Shown here: positions 28,875 through 37,882 of the stretch, one piece after another
Numbering within the stretch: position 1 is the stretch's first letter
How the letters are laid out: each line of letters starts with the position of its first letter
Assembly: GCA_937881855.1 (NCBI GenBank)
Contig: CALGEL010000059.1
Coordinates: forward strand, 57,032 to 121,031
Direction of reading: 5' to 3'
Origin: an uncultured Clostridia bacterium
GTDB taxonomy: Bacteria; Bacillota; Clostridia; Oscillospirales; QAKW01
DNA length: 64,000 nucleotides
Translations under genes and position numbers: made by a program
Notes under the pieces: generated by a model
What the model was told of the DNA's origin: nothing
The model's database searches: none
The model's input: the letters and a program-made list of their open reading frames with translations, nothing else

Positions 28875-30668
28875 ATGATTAGAAACCATATTTTGATCTG
28901 CGGCGGTACCGGATGTACTTCTTCCGGCGCTTTGAACGTGATGGATGCCCTGAATACAGAGTTGGAAAAGTACAACCTGCAAGATGAAGTCAAAGTCGTT
29001 ATGACCGGTTGCTTCGGTCTTTGCGCTTTGGGTCCCATTATGATTGTCTATCCCGAAGGCTCCTTTTATAGCCGCGTTGATGCAGAAGCAATTCCTGAAA
29101 TCGTTTCTGAACATATCGTTAAAGGTCGTATTGTAAAGAAATATCTTTACAGTGAAGTTGCAGAAATGGAAGAAAAGGGTGTTCACGCTTCTTTGAACGA
29201 TACCAAGTTCTATAAGAAACAAAAGCGTGTTGCTCTGCGCAACTGCGGTGTCATCAACCCTGAGATGATCGATGAATATATTGCTTATGACGGTTATCAA
29301 GCGTTGGGTAAGGTTCTTACCGAAATGACTCCTGCTGAGGTTATTCAAACCATCAAAGATTCCGGTCTGCGCGGTCGTGGCGGCGGCGGATTCCCCACCG
29401 GCTTGAAATGGGATCTTGCTTCCCGCACTGTTGCAGATGTGAAGTATGTTTGTTGTAATGCAGACGAAGGTGACCCGGGTGCATTTATGGATCGCTCCAT
29501 TTTGGAAGGTGATCCCCACGCGGTCATTGAAGCGATGGCAATTGCTGCTTATGCAGTGGGTGCTTGCAAGGGCTTTGTCTACATCCGTGCGGAGTATCCT
29601 ATCGCGGTTAATCGTTTGCAGATTGCAATCAATCAGGCTCGCGAGTATGGTTTGCTTGGTAACAACATCTTTGGCACCGACTTTAATTTCGATATGGAAA
29701 TTCGTTTGGGCGCCGGTGCGTTCGTTTGCGGTGAAGAAACCGCTTTGATGACCTCTATCGAAGGTAATCGCGGTGAGCCTCGTCCTCGTCCGCCGTTCCC
29801 CTCTGAAAAGGGTATTTTCCAGATCCCCACAATGAACTGCAACGTTGAAACCTATGCCAACATCGCTCAGATCATTCTGAACGGTGCTGAGTGGTTTGCT
29901 TCGATGGGTACCGAAAAATCCAAGGGCACCAAAGTTTTCGCTTTGGGCGGTAAGATCACAAACACCGGCTTGGTTGAGATCCCCATGGGTACTACTCTGC
30001 GTGAAGTTATTGAGGATATCGGTGGTGGTATTCCCAACGGTAAGAAGTTTAAGGCGGCTCAGACCGGCGGTCCTTCCGGCGGTTGTATTCCCGCTTCCTT
30101 GATCGATACACCGATTGACTATGATAACTTGGTTGCTATCGGTTCTATGATGGGTTCCGGTGGTTTGATTGTTATGGATGAAGACAACTGTATGGTTGAT
30201 ATTGCCAAGTTCTTCTTGGAGTTTACTGTTGATGAATCCTGTGGTAAATGTACTCCTTGCCGTATCGGTACCAAGAGAATGCTCGAATATCTCGAGAAGA
30301 TCACCTCCGGCAAGGCAACCATGAAGGATATTGATGATTTGGAACAGCTTTGCTATTACATTAAAGCAAACGCTCTTTGCGGCTTGGGTCAAACCGCTCC
30401 CAACCCTGTTCTTTCCACCTTGCGTTATTTCCGCGATGAATATGAGGCACACGTTATTGAGAAGCGTTGCCCCGCCGGTGTATGTAAGGATTTGATGCGT
30501 TATGAGATTACCGATGCATGTAAGGGTTGTACTCTTTGCGCACGTCAATGCCCTGTCAATGCGATTGAAGGTGCTGTAAAGAACCTGCATGTCATTGATC
30601 AAGATAAGTGCATTAAGTGCGGCGTTTGCATCAGCAAGTGTAAGTTTGGCGCTATCATCAAGAAGTAA
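28875..30668 (+). CDS. hydB: NuoF-like NAD(P)H/FMN subunit of bifurcating [FeFe] hydrogenase
   Basis: GRGGGGFPTGLKW (FMN), CNADEGDPGAF, ESCGKCTPCR, and a C-terminal 2x[4Fe-4S]. The ATG at 28875 is 8 nt after GGGGGA; the ORF-track TTG is at 28869. Confidence 0.93.
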   Translation: MIRNHILICGGTGCTSSGALNVMDALNTELEKYNLQDEVKVVMTGCFGLCALGPIMIVYPEGSFYSRVDAEAIPEIVSEHIVKGRIVKKYLYSEVAEMEEKGVHASLNDTKFYKKQKRVALRNCGVINPEMIDEYIAYDGYQALGKVLTEMTPAEVIQTIKDSGLRGRGGGGFPTGLKWDLASRTVADVKYVCCNADEGDPGAFMDRSILEGDPHAVIEAMAIAAYAVGACKGFVYIRAEYPIAVNRLQIAINQAREYGLLGNNIFGTDFNFDMEIRLGAGAFVCGEETALMTSIEGNRGEPRPRPPFPSEKGIFQIPTMNCNVETYANIAQIILNGAEWFASMGTEKSKGTKVFALGGKITNTGLVEIPMGTTLREVIEDIGGGIPNGKKFKAAQTGGPSGGCIPASLIDTPIDYDNLVAIGSMMGSGGLIVMDEDNCMVDIAKFFLEFTVDESCGKCTPCRIGTKRMLEYLEKITSGKATMKDIDDLEQLCYYIKANALCGLGQTAPNPVLSTLRYFRDEYEAHVIEKRCPAGVCKDLMRYEITDACKGCTLCARQCPVNAIEGAVKNLHVIDQDKCIKCGVCISKCKFGAIIKK

Positions 30669-30686
30669 AGGGAGGTAGAAAATTAA

Positions 30687-32438
30687 ATGATTAACTTAAA
30701 AATCAATGGAACTCCAATCAGCGTACCTGCCGGTACAACGATTTTGGAAGCTGCCAGAATGAATAATATTGATATTCCCACTCTGTGCTTTTTGAAAGAA
30801 ATCAATGCGATCGGTGCTTGCCGTATCTGCGTTGTTGAGAACAGAGTAAACGGTATGGGTCGCTTGGTGGCGGCTTGCGTATTCCCTGTGGCTGAGGGAA
30901 TGGATGTGTACACCCATAGCCCCATGGTTCACAAAGCAAGAAAACAAACTTTGGAATTGATTCTTTCCGACCACGATAAGAAGTGTCTTTCCTGTGTCCG
31001 CTCCGGTACCTGCGAATTGCAACGCCTTTGCAACGAATATGGCGTGGATAAAGAGGATGCATTCAACGGCGATGTCAACACCTTCGCCATTGATGATTCT
31101 GCTATTCATATGGTTCGCGATAATAATAAATGTATCCTTTGTCGTCGTTGCGTTGCTGTCTGCGAAAAGTGGCAGGGTGTTTCGGTGATCGGTGCAAATG
31201 AGCGCGGCTTTGCCACTCACATCGGTTCCGCTTTCGACGATGGCTTGGGTCTGACCTCTTGCGTATCCTGCGGTCAGTGTATCGTTGCATGTCCCACAGG
31301 CGCTTTGGCCGAAAAGGATGATACCGATAAGATTTGGGAAGCCCTGGCAGATCCTACCAAGCATGTTGTTGTTCAGGTTGCTCCTTCCATTCGTGTAACC
31401 TTGGGTGAAGCATTTGATATGCCTGTCGGCACCAATGTGGAAGGCAAGATGGTAACTGCTCTGAAGAAACTGGGCTTTGACAAGGTATTTGATACCGATG
31501 TTACCGCTGACCTTACCATTATGGAAGAGTCCAACGAATTGATCGAGCGTGTTCAGAACGGCGGAGTTCTGCCGATGATCACTTCTTGTTCTCCCGGTTG
31601 GATTAAGTATTGCGAACATTATTTCCCTGAAATGATTCCCAATCTTTCTTCCTGCAAATCTCCTCAGCAGATGTTTGGCGCTGTCATTAAGACCTACTAT
31701 GCTGAAAAGAATAATATCGACCCTAAGGATATCGTTAGCGTATCTGTTATGCCCTGTACTGCCAAGAAATTTGAAGTCGGTCGTGACGATCAAAGCGCCG
31801 CAGGTATTCCCGATGTTGATATTTCCATCACAACCCGTGAATTGGCCAGAATGATCAAGAGAGCAGGTATCTTCTTTACTAAATTGGAAGACAGCGAATT
31901 TGATCATCCTCTGGGTGTTGGTTCCGGCGCCGGTTTGATCTTCGGTGCTACCGGCGGTGTTATGGAAGCCGCATTGCGTACCGCAGTTGAGAAGTTGACC
32001 GGTGAAGAACTCGGCAAATTGGAGTTTGCTGATGTCCGCGGTACCGCAGGTATTAAGGAAGCCGCTTATAAGGTTGGCGATCTTGAAATTAAGGTTGCGG
32101 TCTGCTCCGGTTTGGCAAATGCTAAGGAACTGCTCAAGAAGGTTCAGTCCGGCGAAGCGGATTATACCTTTATTGAGATTATGGGTTGTCCCGGTGGCTG
32201 TGTCAACGGTGGTGGTCAGCCTTATCAACCCGCCTCGGTTCGCAATTATGAGGATCTTCGCGCTCTGCGTGCAAAAGCTCTTTATGATACCGATGCTGCT
32301 ATGACTCTTAGAAAGTCTCACGAGAACCCTGTTGTTAAGGAGCTGTATGATTCTTACTTTGGTCAGCCCGGCAGTCATAAGGCGCACGAGGTTCTGCATA
32401 CTTCCTATGTGAAGAGAAATCGTTTTGGTGATCAATAA
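30687..32438 (+). CDS. hydA: [FeFe] hydrogenase catalytic subunit, M3 architecture (group A3-type)
   Basis: An N-terminal 2Fe-2S and 4Fe-4S modules. H-domain motifs: TSCSPGW (L1, see findings), VMPCTAKKFE (L2), EIMGCPGGCVNGGGQP (L3). It aligns gaplessly to the CpI C-terminal half as I recall it. Confidence 0.93.
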   Translation: MINLKINGTPISVPAGTTILEAARMNNIDIPTLCFLKEINAIGACRICVVENRVNGMGRLVAACVFPVAEGMDVYTHSPMVHKARKQTLELILSDHDKKCLSCVRSGTCELQRLCNEYGVDKEDAFNGDVNTFAIDDSAIHMVRDNNKCILCRRCVAVCEKWQGVSVIGANERGFATHIGSAFDDGLGLTSCVSCGQCIVACPTGALAEKDDTDKIWEALADPTKHVVVQVAPSIRVTLGEAFDMPVGTNVEGKMVTALKKLGFDKVFDTDVTADLTIMEESNELIERVQNGGVLPMITSCSPGWIKYCEHYFPEMIPNLSSCKSPQQMFGAVIKTYYAEKNNIDPKDIVSVSVMPCTAKKFEVGRDDQSAAGIPDVDISITTRELARMIKRAGIFFTKLEDSEFDHPLGVGSGAGLIFGATGGVMEAALRTAVEKLTGEELGKLEFADVRGTAGIKEAAYKVGDLEIKVAVCSGLANAKELLKKVQSGEADYTFIEIMGCPGGCVNGGGQPYQPASVRNYEDLRALRAKALYDTDAAMTLRKSHENPVVKELYDSYFGQPGSHKAHEVLHTSYVKRNRFGDQ

Positions 32439-32446
32439 TTTTTTAA

Positions 32447-32478
32447 AATAAGGAGTCCATTCGGACTCCTTATTTTTT
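32447..32478 (+). terminator. rho-independent terminator
   Basis: The stem aataaggagtcc pairs with ggactccttatt and is followed by TTTTT. Confidence 0.85.
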
Positions 32479-32501
32479 ACATTTTTTTAACTATTTTTAT
32501 A

Positions 32502-32530
32502 TTCACAAATGGATAATTATAGTGTATAAT
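32502..32530 (+). promoter_or_regulatory. sigmaA promoter
   Basis: TTCACA, a 17-nt spacer, then TATAAT. Confidence 0.6.
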
Positions 32531-32562
32531 TAAATTATCGTATTTTTAATGGAGGTTTTACC

Positions 32563-34107
32563 ATGGGTAAAGGAAAAAGAGTGCGCGAAAGCCGCGCGGC
32601 GGAAAAAGAAGCTTTGAAGCTGGCTGCTATTCAAAAAGCAAAAAAAGATAAGGTTAAGAAAATTGCAATTATTGTTTGCTCTCTTGCCATTGTTGTCGCA
32701 TTGCTTGCAGGTACATTGACACATTCAATTACCTCTGCGGTTAAAAGCAGCGGAAATGCCATGAGAACAACATCGGTTCTTGAAACTGATAATTTCAAAA
32801 TTGATGCGGCGATGATGTCGTATTATTTCAATTATAATTATAATTCCACTGTTGGAAACAATCAAGAGACATATAAATCGTTAGGACTCGATATATCCAA
32901 GTCTTTGAAAAAACAGGCATGTTCTTTCTTGGAAGATGGCGGTACATGGTTTGATTATTTCCTTGATTCCGCTTTATCTACTGCGAAAAGTGATATTTAT
33001 TTAGCTGAGAAAGCCAAGAAAGATGGCATTGAATTGTTAGAGACCGATAAGGATAGCATTCAGTCTGTGATCGATGAATATTATGATTATGCCGAAGAGA
33101 ATAACATTAAAAAAGACAATGTATTTTCTTTGATTTTTGGGCAGGGTGTTAAGGAAGGAGATGTTCGTAATTGTCTCGAATTATCAACGCTCGCTTCGAA
33201 TTTTATTCGAAAATGGCAAGATTCCTTGGAATACTCGGACGATGACTATGATAAATTCTATGAGGAAAACATCGACGATTATAAAATGGTAGATTATCTT
33301 AGCTATACCATTACCGCCAGCGACACAGAGGATGAAGACACTTTTGCCGCTGCCAAAGAAAAAGCGGAAGATTTAGCGGGCGTTGCCGGAGAACAAGCCT
33401 TTAAGGATTTTGTTGAGGCGGAATATCGCAAAAATAACGGAATTACCGATAAGTTTTCTAAAGAAGACCAAGACAAGGGTGCAAAAGAAGCACTGGATAA
33501 ATTGCCCACAACGGGAGCAACCAAAGCAATTATTGGTGACACCGATATTTCAAAGTGGTTCTTTGAGAATGCCGAAAAAGGCGATACCTATATTGACGAT
33601 GATGAGAGCGGTTCATATACCGTTTATTATTGCACCGCCGAGCCATATCGTAATGAGGATATTTCCAGAACAATTCGTCAGATCATTCTTGCGGAATCCA
33701 GCTATGGCGCAGATGAAGTCGAAAAGCAGGCAATTGCATTGCAGGCTGAAATGAAAGAAAAGGGTCTTACCGAAGAAACCTTCGAAACTTATGCCGCCAA
33801 ATATAGCGATGATACCAATACTTCCCAAATTGGCGGTCTTTGCGAGAATTACAGCGAAAACCATTTTGTAACCGATGTCTCCGATTGGGCATTTAATGAG
33901 TCGCGGAAAGTCGGCGATTTCGATGCTGTGAAATATGATGGCGGATATGCATTGTGTTATTATGTCGGCGAAGGACTTCCCGGCTGGAAGGCAGACTGCA
34001 AAGCAGATATGATTAATGAAGATTATGAAAAAGCCTACGAAGAATGGGAAAAAGATATAAAGCTTACCATTAACGAGGTGGGATACAACAAGATTTCTCT
34101 TCTGTAA
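32563..34107 (+). CDS. membrane-anchored parvulin-type peptidyl-prolyl isomerase (PrsA/SurA-like)
   Basis: A basic cytoplasmic tail plus a TM (IAIIVCSLAIVVALLAG). The C-terminal segment RQIIL...SDDTNTSQIGGL...DFDAVKYDGGYALCYYV follows the PpiC pattern. Confidence 0.5.
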   Translation: MGKGKRVRESRAAEKEALKLAAIQKAKKDKVKKIAIIVCSLAIVVALLAGTLTHSITSAVKSSGNAMRTTSVLETDNFKIDAAMMSYYFNYNYNSTVGNNQETYKSLGLDISKSLKKQACSFLEDGGTWFDYFLDSALSTAKSDIYLAEKAKKDGIELLETDKDSIQSVIDEYYDYAEENNIKKDNVFSLIFGQGVKEGDVRNCLELSTLASNFIRKWQDSLEYSDDDYDKFYEENIDDYKMVDYLSYTITASDTEDEDTFAAAKEKAEDLAGVAGEQAFKDFVEAEYRKNNGITDKFSKEDQDKGAKEALDKLPTTGATKAIIGDTDISKWFFENAEKGDTYIDDDESGSYTVYYCTAEPYRNEDISRTIRQIILAESSYGADEVEKQAIALQAEMKEKGLTEETFETYAAKYSDDTNTSQIGGLCENYSENHFVTDVSDWAFNESRKVGDFDAVKYDGGYALCYYVGEGLPGWKADCKADMINEDYEKAYEEWEKDIKLTINEVGYNKISLL

Positions 34108-34121
34108 TTAATTATTAAATA

Positions 34122-34155
34122 AAAATGGAGCAATTCTTTTGAATTGCTCCATTTT
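34122..34155. terminator. bidirectional terminator
   Basis: The stem aaaatggagcaattc pairs with gaattgctccatttt between convergent genes. Confidence 0.8.
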
Positions 34156-34156
34156 A

Positions 34157-34804
34157 TTATTTCTTAAAGATCTTTTTCCAAGGAATGATATAACTGATAA
34201 AATATAGGGGGATCGCCAAAACGACGGCACCAAAAACGTCTAAAATCGAATGTTGCTTTACAAAAACAGTGGATAAACAAATCGAGATGGTTAGCAATGT
34301 GACTCCGAAAAGAAGCCAGGGATGTTTCTTGCACCAATCGTTTTTTGCCAACGCAATATTCATCGCGATAGAGTTTAAACAGTGGATGCTTGGAAAGACA
34401 TTAAAATATGTGTCGGCACTTTGCAAAAGCTTCAACGAATCAATCAAAATGTTTGTTCTGCCAAGCGTTTCGTAGTCGGCGCGCAGTAATTGATAGTTGG
34501 GGAAGATCATATAAATGATTAAACAAGTTGTCATTCCAACATATAAGAATGTACACAGGCGGAGAAAATCAGAACGATTATTGAAAAATAAAAAAACATA
34601 GCCCACTGCGATATATGCAAACCAAAGAAAATAGGGAATGACAAACCATTCGCAAAAAGGAATGAGAGCATCTAAAGTGCTGTTCATTTCAAATGTAACC
34701 GTTCTTGTTGGACTATATACATTCAGCCAACCAAACCAGGGCATATAGATAAGAAAGTAGATCAGCATGACGGCATGCCAGTATTTTTTAAAAAACTTGT
34801 TCAT
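34157..34804 (-). CDS. PAP2-superfamily membrane phosphatase/phosphotransferase
   Basis: Six TM helices. PSIHCLNS and KQHSILDV resemble PAP2 C2/C3 motifs (SxH, HxxxD). Confidence 0.55.
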   Translation of the reverse strand: MNKFFKKYWHAVMLIYFLIYMPWFGWLNVYSPTRTVTFEMNSTLDALIPFCEWFVIPYFLWFAYIAVGYVFLFFNNRSDFLRLCTFLYVGMTTCLIIYMIFPNYQLLRADYETLGRTNILIDSLKLLQSADTYFNVFPSIHCLNSIAMNIALAKNDWCKKHPWLLFGVTLLTISICLSTVFVKQHSILDVFGAVVLAIPLYFISYIIPWKKIFKK

Positions 34805-34816
34805 TGTTTATTATAC

Positions 34817-35839
34817 CTAATTAAATTTATAAAATTTTCTGACGACTCGGTATCCAAAGACAGAAATTTTGCGAATAAATTTATTTTTATATGCGAAGAA
34901 ACCGGCCAAAGAACGATAACGCAAATGATTGTATACAAAGGGGAATTGTTCTTTTAAATCCTTCCAGTAGTTCATCAGTTTTTCGATTGCTTCATCGGAA
35001 CCGTCTAATGTAAGTAAAAGGGTTGCAATAGTCACCATTACGCTGGAATAACTTTGCATAAACTCAAAGAGCTTTTTGCTCTTCTTTTTAATTTCTGCCA
35101 GATCGTGCGTCTGCAACAAAAGTTTGCTGATTAAAATTTGTTGATCAACCCGCTTGATCATAACAGCTTCGTTGACCGATTGATCGGAGCGTCCGATATA
35201 ATAACGATAAAAGTCCTCATCGGTATAGTACATTGACCTTACATAAGGTAAGGGGGTATACAGAAACACATTATCGACATAAAATGTGTGGAGCGGAATT
35301 TGCAGATTGCTTTTGCGAACCAGATCTGTGCGATAAAAAACAGAATGCATAATCATATAGCGGGTAATATCAAAGGGTCCGCATTCGTCCCATGTGAATT
35401 GCTTATGGATGGGGAAGATGCGATGATAATGTATTGTATGCGTACTGTTGTCGCGCTCGTGCTCGTAAACATAATTACAGATGATTAAATCAATTAGGTT
35501 TTGATTATTATAGCACGATTCAATCAAGTCGAGAATATTCAGTAAAGAATTTTTATCGGCCCAATCGTCGGAATCAACCACCTTATAATAAAGTCCGCTT
35601 GCGGCGTTTAATCCGGCCATAATTCCGGACCCATGGCCTCCGTTTTCTTTATGAATTACTTGAACAATGCTTGGATATTTTTCGGCATACTCATTGGCAA
35701 TTTCGGCGGTTTTATCAGAGGATCCGTCGTTTACTATGATGATTTCAACCCGTTCACCGCCCACCAATAGTGAGTCAATACAGCGATGCATATAACTCTC
35801 GCTGTTGTAGCAAGGAACTGCAAATGAAATAAGCTTCAT
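34817..35839 (-). CDS. glycosyltransferase family 2
   Basis: SFAVPCYNSESYM, IIVNDGSSD, VDSDD (DxD). The ATG at 35839 is preceded by AAGGAG; the ORF-track start 35881 is rejected. Confidence 0.8.
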   Translation of the reverse strand: MKLISFAVPCYNSESYMHRCIDSLLVGGERVEIIIVNDGSSDKTAEIANEYAEKYPSIVQVIHKENGGHGSGIMAGLNAASGLYYKVVDSDDWADKNSLLNILDLIESCYNNQNLIDLIICNYVYEHERDNSTHTIHYHRIFPIHKQFTWDECGPFDITRYMIMHSVFYRTDLVRKSNLQIPLHTFYVDNVFLYTPLPYVRSMYYTDEDFYRYYIGRSDQSVNEAVMIKRVDQQILISKLLLQTHDLAEIKKKSKKLFEFMQSYSSVMVTIATLLLTLDGSDEAIEKLMNYWKDLKEQFPFVYNHLRYRSLAGFFAYKNKFIRKISVFGYRVVRKFYKFN

Positions 35840-35871
35840 ATTTGGACTCCTTTTGTTTTGATATCCTATGT

Positions 35872-35900
35872 ATTTTATCATATTTTTATATATAAATCAA
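35872..35900 (-). promoter_or_regulatory. sigmaA promoter of GT2-PAP2, overlapping the ATPase stop codon
   Basis: The minus strand reads TTGATT, a 17-nt spacer, then TAAAAT with an extended TGa. Confidence 0.55.
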
Positions 35901-36961
35901 GTTCTTGAAAAGAGTTTGGTCATCAAGTTGTCTTTTAAATGTTCGGTCGCTTTGAAATCAGTCCCAATCGCATATTCCTGCTCAATTTGCATATGGATAG
36001 TTCTGGCTTTTTTGAGTTTATCCGTTGCAAGATTTAAAATTTCTTTTTGAAGTCTTTTAATAAAAGTGAATTTATTTTTGTTTGAGTTTAGGATGGATCT
36101 ATCAAGCATATTTTGAAGATTAATTTTTTTGATTACTTGTTCTTCGTCTATGGGAAAATCAAAATATCCGTCTTTTGATATAATTGAAAGGTCGGCTTGC
36201 GGGATGATGATATGGTGCAATGTTTCTTTGCCGAGCAGCGGGTGATAGGAATTGATATGGTCAATCCCGCGTTTTGAAAGTTGCCGCTCAATATAGTTTA
36301 AAAATGGAGCCGCGATCATCCAGCGGTCTTCAAGGAGAATGATGTTTTTTCCAAGCATATGAATAGTTTCTGATAATGTATGCATCCCATCGGGTGAGAT
36401 CGCAGATAAAAATCGTTTTAAAATTTTGGCGCGACGGTTTTGGTTTTCCCATAACGCATTTTGCATCATTATTTTGTTTCCGATTTTTTGCATTTTTTCA
36501 AAATCAAGCTGTTTATATAGCGGAGCAAAGCATCCGGCGTGAATGTCTGCTGCACTTTTGAGAAGATGATAGCACGCTTGATATAAATTACTTTTTTGAT
36601 CGCAAAGTTCGATAATTTTTTTATCATTTAACTTATTGGGATCCCAACCTTCGCCCAAATCAATGATGTTCCCGCCGACTCCCGGGTATTTAGGCTCAAA
36701 ACTATGGGGGTTCGTGGCATCAATAATGACGGAATTTTGCTTGGGTAATATAACGCCATCCAAACTATTCGGATCTCCGGAACAGTAGATAAGTTCGGCG
36801 TCGGATACTTGATTGGCGATTGTAGTCATAAGTGTACTTTTGCCGCATCCGGGGCCACCCTTTATGTAGTAGATATGGCTTCTTTTTTCGTTTAAAATTG
36901 TATCAAAAAAGGAGATAAAACCTTCGCCGCTATTGGCGGCGCAATATGTCTTGAATTTCAT
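35897..36961 (-). CDS. P-loop ATPase of unknown function (resembles the PRK06851-type family I recall from spore formers)
   Basis: Walker A KGGPGCGKST, CSGDPNSLDGVILP, IDATNPHSFEPKYPG, LGEGWD. GGAGGTGA is upstream. Confidence 0.65.
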   Translation of the reverse strand: MKFKTYCAANSGEGFISFFDTILNEKRSHIYYIKGGPGCGKSTLMTTIANQVSDAELIYCSGDPNSLDGVILPKQNSVIIDATNPHSFEPKYPGVGGNIIDLGEGWDPNKLNDKKIIELCDQKSNLYQACYHLLKSAADIHAGCFAPLYKQLDFEKMQKIGNKIMMQNALWENQNRRAKILKRFLSAISPDGMHTLSETIHMLGKNIILLEDRWMIAAPFLNYIERQLSKRGIDHINSYHPLLGKETLHHIIIPQADLSIISKDGYFDFPIDEEQVIKKINLQNMLDRSILNSNKNKFTFIKRLQKEILNLATDKLKKARTIHMQIEQEYAIGTDFKATEHLKDNLMTKLFSRT

Positions 36962-37005
36962 ATAATCACCTCCGTTTATTTTATGTCACATTCGATTCTT
37001 GGTTC

Positions 37006-37035
37006 GCATAAGAATTCGCGAAGATGGAAATAATG
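37006..37035 (+). promoter_or_regulatory. forespore (sigmaF-type) promoter of sigG
   Basis: GCATA, a 15-nt spacer, then GGAAATAATG. This matches the B. subtilis sigmaF consensus GYATA-N15-GGnnAnAHTR at every specified position. Confidence 0.6.
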
Positions 37036-37064
37036 TTGATGAATGAAAAACAGCGGAGGTTCAA

Positions 37065-37832
37065 ATGGTCAATAAAGTTGTAATTAGCGGTGTAGACACA
37101 TCGAAATTGCCGATCTTGTCAAACAATGAAAAAAACGAACTTTTAAAAAGAATTAAAGAAGGCGACCGAAAAGCAAAGGATCAGTTTGTGGAAGGAAATC
37201 TTCGTTTGGTTCTTTCCATTGTTCAGCGTTTTGCGGGTCGTGGAGAATGTATGGATGATTTATTTCAGGTCGGTTGTATTGGATTAATAAAAAGCATTGA
37301 TAATTTTGACCTTAGTCTGGGATTACGATTCAGTACCTATGGCGTTCCAATGATCTTAGGGGAGATCCGAAGATATTTGCGTGATAATAATATGGTTCGT
37401 GTGTCCCGTGCAACACGCGACCTTGCCTATCGGGCGTTGACAGCGAAGGAACAATTATCAAATGAAAAGAACCGCGAACCAACGATTGCGGAGATTGCCG
37501 AACGATTGGAGACAAGAAAAGAAGACGTTGTTATGGCATTAGAGGCTATTGTCGACCCAATTTCTCTTTTTGAACCGGTCTATTCGGATGGAAACGATGC
37601 GTTATATGTAATGGATCAAGTGAGCGACGGACGCGGCGGTGAAGATTGGCTGGATGAATTGCTGATAAAAGATGCGATTAACAATCTACCGGCGAGAGAG
37701 CGAAATATCATCGAACTTCGTTTTCTGGAGGGAAAGACCCAAATGGAGGTGGCAGAAGAAGTGGGGATTTCGCAAGCTCAGGTATCTCGGTTGGAAAAAG
37801 GAGCGATGGAACGGATAAAGGGGCAGCTGTAA
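37065..37832 (+). CDS. sigG: sporulation sigma factor SigG
   Basis: VVISGVDTSKLPILSN, GNLRLVLSIVQRF, DDLFQVGCIGLIKSIDNFD, FSTYGVPMILGEIRRYLRDNN. These are near-identical to B. subtilis SigG blocks. Confidence 0.88.
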   Translation: MVNKVVISGVDTSKLPILSNNEKNELLKRIKEGDRKAKDQFVEGNLRLVLSIVQRFAGRGECMDDLFQVGCIGLIKSIDNFDLSLGLRFSTYGVPMILGEIRRYLRDNNMVRVSRATRDLAYRALTAKEQLSNEKNREPTIAEIAERLETRKEDVVMALEAIVDPISLFEPVYSDGNDALYVMDQVSDGRGGEDWLDELLIKDAINNLPARERNIIELRFLEGKTQMEVAEEVGISQAQVSRLEKGAMERIKGQL

Positions 37833-37849
37833 CGGCTATCCCTTTTTTT
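37820..37849 (+). terminator. rho-independent terminator overlapping the sigG stop
   Basis: The imperfect stem ggggcagc/ggctatccc has one mismatch and is followed by TTTTTTT. Confidence 0.6.
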
Positions 37850-37882
37850 CATAGTCTATAACATAGAGTAGGGGGCGAAGGT

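Noticed and set aside
28827-32435. Two very long ORFs (591 aa at 28827..30602 and 579 aa at 30696..32435) on the strand opposite hydB and hydA. Similar antisense ORFs lie opposite rplA (18836..19675), the S1 part of ispH-rpsA (56609..57466), rel (9095..9691) and serA (21733..22326, 22417..22884).
   Set aside because: For the hydB, hydA and rplA cases I checked that the antisense ORF is in exact codon register with the sense gene. For hydB and hydA all coordinates are congruent to 0 mod 3. In that register only sense TTA, CTA or TCA codons can create antisense stops. Their absence over ~1170 codons reflects strong codon bias in highly expressed genes. The antisense translations are motif-free junk, while the sense strands carry unmistakable NuoF, HydA, L1, S1, Rel and SerA motifs. 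The bias itself suggests the hydrogenase is very highly expressed.
32502-32508. A TTCACAA Rex half-site upstream of the PPIase gene.
   Set aside because: No matching TTGTGAA half-site lies at the required spacing. The hexamer is better explained as the -35 box of a TTCACA-17-TATAAT promoter.
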